The notes beneath the pieces are model-generated. The model was not told the origin of the DNA, ran no database searches, and worked only from the letters and a program-made list of their open reading frames with translations. From Aulosira sp. ZfuVER01 (GTDB lineage: Bacteria > Cyanobacteriota > Cyanobacteriia > Cyanobacteriales > Nostocaceae), in assembly GCA_034530615.2 (NCBI GenBank), contig JAVRCV020000021.1, positions 1 through 24,870 on the forward strand: a stretch of 24,870 nt of DNA, given 5' to 3'. The translations under genes were made by a program, and so were the position numbers. Positions within the stretch are counted from its first letter, which is position 1; each line of letters opens with the position of its first letter. Below are positions 18,348 through 24,870 of the stretch, one piece after another.

Positions 18348-19301
18348 CTAGCCAATTAAATGCAGCTGACCGACTACAGCATTTATTAGATGATGGGTAA
18401 TGGGGAGGCTATCAACTACCATGCCTAGACACAACAGCATCATGTAGGAAATGGAATAGAGAAATAGCTGTCTTGCAATACTCCGATCTTCTGGATTTTG
18501 CAATAAGCGCCAAGCTTTGTGGATGAATACGGCTCCTAAACCAAGAGCGATCGCTCCATATACAATCCCACTGGCGTTTAAAGGATAAACCAGTAACAGC
18601 GTTGTAGCTACTGTTACCAAGGTGTAGTACCAAATTTGCTTAACTGTGGCGGGATCGCCGACAACCAATGGTAGCATCGGAATTCCCACTTTGGCGTAGT
18701 CATCCCGAATCATCAAAGCTAAAGCCCAGAAATGAGGCGGTGTCCAAAGAAACACGCTTGCAAAAATTACCCATGCTGCCCAGTTTAACGTACCTGTCAC
18801 AGCCGCCCAGCCTACTAATGCCGGAATTGCCCCAGCTGCCCCACCGATCACAATATTCTGGGTAGTATGGCGTTTTAGCCAGTGGGTATAAACTACAACA
18901 TAATAAACTATTCCAGCGAAAGCTAGGAGGGCGGCGAGGAGGTTGGCAAAAACTGTCAGTATCGTGAAAGAAATTACAGCTAGAGCGATCGCAAAAATCA
19001 AAGCGCCTCTTGGCTGTATCTTCCCGGAAGGAATAGGACGATGGCGCGTCCGTTCCATTTCATAATCAATATCGCGATCGTAAATACAGTTGATCACCTG
19101 GGCACTAGCAGCAGCCAAAGTGCCGCCAGTCATAGTTACTAGCAACAACAATAGGTCTACTTGTCCCTTAGCGGCAATCCACATACTGCCAGCAGTGGTA
19201 ATTAACAGCAACGGGATAATCCGCGGCTTGGTTAGCTGGTAGTAACTTTGAATTACCTGTAGAAATGTTTCGTGGTGGCGAGAGACATTAGTCTCAATCA
19301 T
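18348..19301 (-). CDS. ctaB: Protoheme IX farnesyltransferase (heme O synthase)
   Basis: [55 protein letters not shown]. Confidence 0.97.
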   Translation of the reverse strand: MIETNVSRHHETFLQVIQSYYQLTKPRIIPLLLITTAGSMWIAAKGQVDLLLLLVTMTGGTLAAASAQVINCIYDRDIDYEMERTRHRPIPSGKIQPRGALIFAIALAVISFTILTVFANLLAALLAFAGIVYYVVVYTHWLKRHTTQNIVIGGAAGAIPALVGWAAVTGTLNWAAWVIFASVFLWTPPHFWALALMIRDDYAKVGIPMLPLVVGDPATVKQIWYYTLVTVATTLLLVYPLNASGIVYGAIALGLGAVFIHKAWRLLQNPEDRSIARQLFLYSISYMMLLCLGMVVDSLPITHHLINAVVGQLHLIG

Positions 19302-19375
19302 TTTGGCTCTAATTCCTTATTTTTCAACAAGTTATGGATAGCCCTTGCTCATACCGAATTCGCCACTGAGGCTAA

Positions 19376-19497
19376 GGGAGGATGAAGGGGGGCAGGGGAG
19401 TGTGGGGAGTGTGGGGAGTGTGGGGAGAGGGGGGAGAAACGAACCACACTTAGCTCTCTGCCATCTTCCTCATCCTCCCTCTCCTCCCACACTCCTT
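19376..19497. repeat. 9-bp G-rich tandem repeats with an inverted C-rich partner
   Basis: GGGGAGTGT three times (19395-19421) plus degenerate units; CCTCATCCTCCCTCTCCTCCCACACTCC downstream. Confidence 0.8.
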
Positions 19498-19517
19498 GTT
19501 TGCCCTATGCTTAATAC

Positions 19518-20495
19518 TTATGAATGCGATTCATTGGTTGGTGTGTTGGTCGCAGTTACTGTTACAGCTACAGGGTAAGGGTTGGTTTCACGATTAGCAA
19601 TCCAGTCGCGTAATGCTAGCACTGTAAAAGCAACTAAAGTTCCCAGTAAAGCTGCACCTACAGCTTGGTGAGTGACGGTGAGAAGCTCAACTTGCAGGCG
19701 TAATCTGAAAGTGGCTACTCCCAACAGGATTTGCAGGAGCAGCAACCCACCCGCCATATTTGCCAGTCGTCGCAAAGCTGGATGGAGTGCTGGTCTTTGC
19801 CAGGATATCAAGACCACCGCTAAGGTTGCTACTGTCGGTGGTACTAAGCCGAAGATGTGGCTATACATCACAGTACACAGTTGGGATGTACCCAAACATT
19901 GGTGTAGTGCCCAGCGAGAGCCGACTAAGGCACCGAGTAGACTTTGCAGATAAACCAAAATAGCGGCTGTTAGACCCAACCAAGGCAACTTACCAACATT
20001 ACCAGTGCCTTGATAAGGGGTGAGTGCTGTACCTACAATCAGTAGGGTGATGAAAAACAACAGTGCTGTTCCCAAGTGGGCAGTCACAATATCAAACCGT
20101 AATAGTTGAGTAACGGTAAGACCCCCCAAGATGCCTTGGAAGACGATTAAAAATAGGGCAAATGTCGATGCCCAAGGCAGCCATTTTGGTAAAGCGCGAC
20201 GATGCCACCAGGATAGACCAACAAGTGCGATCGCGCTGACACCAATCAAAGCTGCATCCAATCTGTGAAACCACTCTAAGAATACTTGGAAATTCATTTG
20301 CTTGGCTGGCACTAATTCCCCATAGCACAAAGGCCAGTCTGGGCAAGCAAGTCCGGCGTTCATCACCCGCGTGGCACTGCCTATTGCCATCAAAATTAAG
20401 GTGGCTATGCAGATCTTCCAAACCAAACGTCGAATCATTTCCGGTGGTTTGCGATCTGCTGCTTCATTTTGTTGTTGTAGGACAAATTCGCTCAT
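19518..20495 (-). CDS. ctaA: Heme A synthase (COX15/CtaA)
   Basis: GLACPDWPLC, LEWFHR, FQGILGG, VTAHL, TVTHQ. Confidence 0.96.
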   Translation of the reverse strand: MSEFVLQQQNEAADRKPPEMIRRLVWKICIATLILMAIGSATRVMNAGLACPDWPLCYGELVPAKQMNFQVFLEWFHRLDAALIGVSAIALVGLSWWHRRALPKWLPWASTFALFLIVFQGILGGLTVTQLLRFDIVTAHLGTALLFFITLLIVGTALTPYQGTGNVGKLPWLGLTAAILVYLQSLLGALVGSRWALHQCLGTSQLCTVMYSHIFGLVPPTVATLAVVLISWQRPALHPALRRLANMAGGLLLLQILLGVATFRLRLQVELLTVTHQAVGAALLGTLVAFTVLALRDWIANRETNPYPVAVTVTATNTPTNESHS

Positions 20496-20568
20496 GAACG
20501 ATACCTTCTGCCCACTCTTGAGTAGAGCTACTTATAAATTATTAGTTTGTCAGTCACGACCCACATCC

Positions 20569-20591
20569 ACCCTAGCGTATACGACTAGGGT
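20569..20591. promoter_or_regulatory. Near-perfect palindrome in the ctaA/coxB divergent region
   Basis: ACCCTAG-CGTATACG-a-CTAGGGT. Confidence 0.4.
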
Positions 20592-20914
20592 TGATAGATT
20601 AGCTTTCAGTTATACCTTTCACTTATACTTTGAATCACTCAAGCTACTTTTTGCCCAAAACTTTAGGTATTTTTCAAGTTGTTAAGAGTCATTTAATGGC
20701 AATAAATTTTACTATCTAAAATTATTCTTAAATTTTTCCTATGATTCACATCTATCCTCAGCAATATCTGATAAAACTCTTTTACTCAAAATTAGTTATG
20801 TAGCCAAAAAAATTAATAAAAATTTCAGACCAAAATAGCCCAGACCTGATGGACTGCACTACCTTAGTAAGTGGGCAGCTTTGAGATAACGTAGTAAATT
20901 CATTTAAGTAAGCC

Positions 20915-21973
20915 GTGAAAATTCCAAGTTCGATCTGGACATTACTCATTGGCATTGTGCTAACGCTAGTCAGCCTTTGGTACGGTCAAAATCACGGTCT
21001 GTTGCCAACAGCAGCCTCCGATGAAGCCGTCTTGGTTGATGGTTTGTTTAACGCAATGATGATTGTATCCACAGGCATATTTCTCATTGTCGAAGGTGTG
21101 TTGATTTACGCCGCAATTAAATATCGGCGGCGACCTGGTGACAATGAAGACGGGCCACCAGTGGAAGGTAACGTACCTCTAGAAATACTCTGGACAGCGA
21201 TCCCAGCAATTATAGTTATTGGTATTTCTGTATACAGTTTTGATGTGTACAACTCAATTGGTGGCTTCGATCCCCATGCTATCCATGAGGCTCCGATAAC
21301 TCAGAATATGTCGATGAATATGCCTGGATCTGCGATCGCAGCTACATTAAACGATAATCAAGCAAAATCTGATGAGGCGATGCAAGATCCAGCTACCGCC
21401 GCAGTCCGCAATGCTGACCAAATTCCGCAGAAGCAGAATGCTCCGGGGATGGGGATTGTTTCTCCCACCATTGGCGGAAGTGAGGACAAAGCAGGGAAAC
21501 CCCCAGCGTTGGCAATTAACATCACCGGTCTGCAATACGCTTGGATTTTCACTTATCCAGAAACAGGTGTAACTACTGGTGAAATGCACGTTCCAATCGG
21601 GCGGGAAGTGCAAATTAATATGACAGCCAACGATGTGCTTCACGCTTTTTGGGTACCCGAGTTTCGCTTGAAGCAAGATGCTATCCCCGGTAGACAGAGC
21701 GAGATTCGCTTCACACCCAACAAAGAAGGTGATTATACCCTCATCTGTGCGGAACTTTGTGGCCCCTACCACGGCGCAATGAGAGCACCAATCGTTGTTG
21801 AGAAACAAGAAGCATTTGACAAATGGCTGCAAGAGCAGCAAGTAGCCAGCCGCGAAACCCTTAATCAAGCTGTTGCTCTTAACCCCGCCGATCTATCCCC
21901 TCATGAATTCCTTGCTCCTTACACCAAGGACATGGGAATTAAACCTGAAGTACTCCATCAAGTTCATCATTAG
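20915..21973 (+). CDS. coxB: Cytochrome c oxidase subunit II
   Basis: GTG start; LEILWTAIP, QYAW, DVLHAFWVP, CuA motif CAELCGPYHGAM. Confidence 0.97.
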   Translation: MKIPSSIWTLLIGIVLTLVSLWYGQNHGLLPTAASDEAVLVDGLFNAMMIVSTGIFLIVEGVLIYAAIKYRRRPGDNEDGPPVEGNVPLEILWTAIPAIIVIGISVYSFDVYNSIGGFDPHAIHEAPITQNMSMNMPGSAIAATLNDNQAKSDEAMQDPATAAVRNADQIPQKQNAPGMGIVSPTIGGSEDKAGKPPALAINITGLQYAWIFTYPETGVTTGEMHVPIGREVQINMTANDVLHAFWVPEFRLKQDAIPGRQSEIRFTPNKEGDYTLICAELCGPYHGAMRAPIVVEKQEAFDKWLQEQQVASRETLNQAVALNPADLSPHEFLAPYTKDMGIKPEVLHQVHH

Positions 21974-22048
21974 TCATTGGTCATTAGTCATTGGTTATTA
22001 GTCATTAAATAAATGACAAAGGACAAATGACAAAGGACAAAGGACAAA
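21970..22048. repeat. STRR-type heptamer arrays in inverted arrangement
   Basis: TT(A/G)GT(C/T)A five times, then AAA(T/G)GAC five times. Confidence 0.9.
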
Positions 22049-22055
22049 CACCCTT

Positions 22056-23792
22056 ATGACCCAAGCTCAAATACAAGAAAAAGCCAATATTCCTGCCCGT
22101 ATTGAAGAACCAGGGGAGAGAAAATGGCAAGATTACTTTACCTTTAATACTGACCATAAAGTGATTGGGATTCAATACCTGGTCACTACATTCATTTTTT
22201 ACTGTATAGGCGGCGTTCTCGCTGACTTAGTACGTACAGAACTGCGTACCCCAGAAGTAGATTTTGTCACGCCGGAAGTCTACAACAGTTTATTTACCCT
22301 GCACGCCACAATCATGATTTTCTTGTGGATTGTGCCAGCTGGTACAGGGTTTGCTAACTACCTAATCCCCTTGATGATTGGGGCTAAGGATATGGCATTC
22401 CCTAAATTGAATGCTGTGGCCTTTTGGATGATCCCGCCTGCTGGGATATTGCTGACTGCCAGTTTATTGGTAGGGGATGCACCAGATGCAGGTTGGACTT
22501 CCTACCCTCCCTTGAGCTTGGTAACAGGTCAAGTGGGTGAGGGAATTTGGATTATGAGTGTCCTAACATTAGGTACATCATCAATTCTGGGCGCAATTAA
22601 TTTCCTCGTTACTATCCTGAGAATGCGCACACCAGGTATGGGCTTTCATCAAATGCCCTTGTTCTGCTGGGCGATATTTGCTACCTCAGCATTGGTGCTG
22701 GTATCAACGCCAGTGCTAGCGGCTGGTTTAATTCTGCTGGCTTTTGACTTATTCGCCGGCACGACCTTTTTTAACCCAACTGGGGGTGGCGATCCGGTTG
22801 TGTACCAGCACATGTTCTGGTTTTACTCCCACCCAGCGGTTTACATCATGATTTTGCCTTTCTTTGGGGCAATTTCTGAGGTGATTCCCGTCCATTCTCG
22901 CAAACCGATTTTTGGCTATAAAGCGATCGCCTATTCATCCCTCGCGATCAGCTTTTTAGGACTGATCGTTTGGGCGCACCACATGTTTACCAGCGGTATC
23001 CCTGGCTGGTTGCGGATGTTCTTCATGATCACCACCATGATCATTGCCGTACCCACAGGAATTAAAATTTTCAGCTGGTTGGCAACCATGTGGGGCGGAA
23101 AAATCCAACTTAATACTGCCATGCTGTTTGCAATGGGCTTTGTGGGCACCTTTGTGATTGGTGGGATTAGTGGCGTGATGTTGGCATCTGTACCCTTTGA
23201 CATTCACGTTCACGATACTTATTTTGTTGTCGCACACCTACATTACGTCCTGTTTGGTGGTAGCGTGCTGGGCATTTATGCCGGGATGTACCACTGGTTC
23301 CCAAAAATGACAGGGCGGATGATCAATGAATTTTGGGGTAAGGTTCATTTTGCTTTGACTATTGTCGGTTTGAATATGACATTCTTACCGATGCACAAGT
23401 TAGGGATGATGGGTATGAACCGCCGTATCGCTCAATATGACCCTAAATTCACGTTTTTGAACGAAATCTGCACTTACGGTGCTTATATACTGGCAGTTTC
23501 CACATTCCCCTTTATCATCAACGCGATTTGGAGTTGGCTGTACGGAGAAAAAGCTGGTAATAATCCTTGGCGAGCACTAACCTTAGAGTGGATGACTACC
23601 TCACCACCAGCGATCGAGAATTTTGATGAACTCCCGGTACTGGCTACAGGCCCCTATGACTACGGCTTGGAGAGGGCTAAAGAAGGTGTACCTTTATCCG
23701 ATCCCAATCCAGTTTTGTCTGCCGGTGTTAATTCGGTGTTAAGAGCCGAACCAGACGAACCATATCCAGCAATCACTGCTGAAAAAGAATAG
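22056..23792 (+). CDS. coxA: Cytochrome c oxidase subunit I (A2 type)
   Basis: TDHKVIG, TLHATIM, GWTSYPPL, WFYSHPAVY, VWAHHMF, VVAHLHY. Confidence 0.98.
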   Translation: MTQAQIQEKANIPARIEEPGERKWQDYFTFNTDHKVIGIQYLVTTFIFYCIGGVLADLVRTELRTPEVDFVTPEVYNSLFTLHATIMIFLWIVPAGTGFANYLIPLMIGAKDMAFPKLNAVAFWMIPPAGILLTASLLVGDAPDAGWTSYPPLSLVTGQVGEGIWIMSVLTLGTSSILGAINFLVTILRMRTPGMGFHQMPLFCWAIFATSALVLVSTPVLAAGLILLAFDLFAGTTFFNPTGGGDPVVYQHMFWFYSHPAVYIMILPFFGAISEVIPVHSRKPIFGYKAIAYSSLAISFLGLIVWAHHMFTSGIPGWLRMFFMITTMIIAVPTGIKIFSWLATMWGGKIQLNTAMLFAMGFVGTFVIGGISGVMLASVPFDIHVHDTYFVVAHLHYVLFGGSVLGIYAGMYHWFPKMTGRMINEFWGKVHFALTIVGLNMTFLPMHKLGMMGMNRRIAQYDPKFTFLNEICTYGAYILAVSTFPFIINAIWSWLYGEKAGNNPWRALTLEWMTTSPPAIENFDELPVLATGPYDYGLERAKEGVPLSDPNPVLSAGVNSVLRAEPDEPYPAITAEKE

Positions 23793-23796
23793 TGCA

Positions 23797-23824
23797 GGGC
23801 ATGGGGCATTGGGCATTGGGCATT
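23797..23824. repeat. STRR-type heptamer tandem repeat
   Basis: GGGCAT(G/T) four times, followed by a pyrimidine-rich tract. Confidence 0.9.
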
Positions 23825-23908
23825 GAGAATGTGCCAGTTGTTCCTCTGCTCCCTTTCCCCTTTCCCTCTAGTCCCCAATCTTCAACTATCCTCTAACATT
23901 CAAGATTC

Positions 23909-24532
23909 ATGCAAAGTCAAACTATTTACACAGCAAACGCTGAACTGAATCATCACCACAGCGCAGAAGCCGCCCATGCTCATGAAGCACATCCAGATCA
24001 TCGTCTGTTTGGGCTAATTGTCTTCCTGATTGCTGAAGGGATGATTTTTATGGGGTTGTTCGGAGCTTATTTGGCTTTCCGTTCTACCTTACCTGTATGG
24101 CCACCAGCAGGCACGCCAGAATTAGAACTGTTATTACCTGGAGTTAACACCGTCAATCTTATTGCTAGCAGTTTTGTCATGCACAATGCTGACACTGCTA
24201 TCAAAAAGAATAATACAGGTAGTGCCCGTACTTGGTTGGCAATTACTGCCTTAATGGGTACTATTTTCTTGGTAGGGCAAGTATATGAATACACCCATCT
24301 AGAATTTGGTTTAACTACTAATTTATTTGCCAGTGCATTTTATGTGTTGACTGGCTTTCACGGTTTGCACGTTACTCTTGGTGTTTTGGCGATTTTGGCC
24401 GTATTGTGGCGATCGCGCCGTCCGGGTCACTATAGTAATGAAAAGCACTTCGGTATTGAAGCTGCGGAAATTTACTGGCACTTTGTGGACGTGATTTGGA
24501 TTATTCTGTTCGGATTGTTGTATTTACTGTAA
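23909..24532 (+). CDS. coxC: Cytochrome c oxidase subunit III
   Basis: FLIAEGMIF, GQVYEY, LTGFHGLHV, YWHFVDVIW. Confidence 0.97.
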   Translation: MQSQTIYTANAELNHHHSAEAAHAHEAHPDHRLFGLIVFLIAEGMIFMGLFGAYLAFRSTLPVWPPAGTPELELLLPGVNTVNLIASSFVMHNADTAIKKNNTGSARTWLAITALMGTIFLVGQVYEYTHLEFGLTTNLFASAFYVLTGFHGLHVTLGVLAILAVLWRSRRPGHYSNEKHFGIEAAEIYWHFVDVIWIILFGLLYLL

Positions 24533-24574
24533 GTAATAGTAAGTAGTTGTTCACTCCACGCGAATAACTACCCG

Positions 24575-24597
24575 ACCCCCACCTAGGGGGTTTTTTT
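24575..24597 (+). terminator. Rho-independent terminator of coxBAC
   Basis: ACCCCC-accta-GGGGG followed by T7; a second hairpin GTAGTTGTTC...GAATAACTAC lies just upstream (24543-24570). Confidence 0.8.
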
Positions 24598-24629
24598 ATA
24601 TCAGAACTCTAGCTGGTAAGGCGATCGCG

Positions 24630-24870
24630 CTAATTCCCCAGTGTCCAATCTTCAAACTGCAAGCCAGGTACACGAGAAAAATCGCGATCGTTCCGCGTTA
24701 CCAAAATGGCATTATAAGAAATTGCAATTGACGCTATTCTTAAATCTTGCGTACCAATACGGATTTTTTGTCGCAGCAATTCTGCGTAGCAATTAGCAGC
24801 TTCTTGGGTAAAGGCAAGTAATCCCTCTTTTGTTACTTCAGGGAAAGAAAAATAGTCAGAAATTCAACTG
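24630..24870 (-). pseudogene. vapC: VapC/PIN toxin C-terminal remnant, disrupted, reaching the window edge
   Basis: Manual translation LLAFTQEAANCYAELLRQKIRIGTQDLRIASIAISYNAILVTRNDRDFSRVPGLQFEDWTLGN*; in-frame TGA at 24866-24864 and no ATG in between. Confidence 0.8.

Larger units (their letters stand above)
150..24628. repeat. Dispersed HIP1 octamers GCGATCGC
   Basis: About 24 copies by eye (e.g. 150, 3150, 4410, 5482, 5740, 9055, 18037, 18063, 18298, 18325, 24621); fewer than one is expected by chance in 25 kb. Confidence 0.95.

Noticed and set aside
19345..19578. 77-aa ORF with GSV repeats
   Set aside because: Read-through of the 9-bp tandem repeat, antisense to ctaAB.
21260..21500. Long insertion in CoxB between the TM helices and the CuA domain
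   Set aside because: A known feature of cyanobacterial subunit II.
21347..21868. 173-aa antisense ORF in coxB and the other nested short ORFs in the track
   Set aside because: Shadow frames of well-supported genes.

Overview
Chromosomal window from a filamentous, probably heterocyst-forming (Nostocales-like) cyanobacterium. The assignment is inferred from about two dozen HIP1 octamers (GCGATCGC, counted by eye), STRR-type short tandem repeats and cyanobacterial-type CoxB and GUN4 proteins. Gene order: GAF histidine kinase and single-domain response regulator; secreted hypothetical protein; double-RCK channel-like protein with a non-canonical filter; membrane hypothetical; ferredoxin-MBL hydrolase fusion; Ser/Thr kinase-GUN4; polar amino-acid ABC transporter (fused binding protein-permease plus ATPase); DUF3592-like protein; RND pump and MFP divergent from a MarR regulator; ctaB-ctaA divergent from coxBAC. 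I cannot support a complete novel system here. The features not explained by the ORF track are (i) a truncated hicB-like gene bracketed by ~48-bp direct repeats that each hold two HIP1 sites, (ii) a disrupted vapC remnant at the other end of the cox locus, (iii) a 14-aa-periodic His/Asn/Asp/Gly-rich insertion in the RND cytoplasmic loop, and (iv) several miniature inverted-repeat elements, one of which supplies the RND stop codon.
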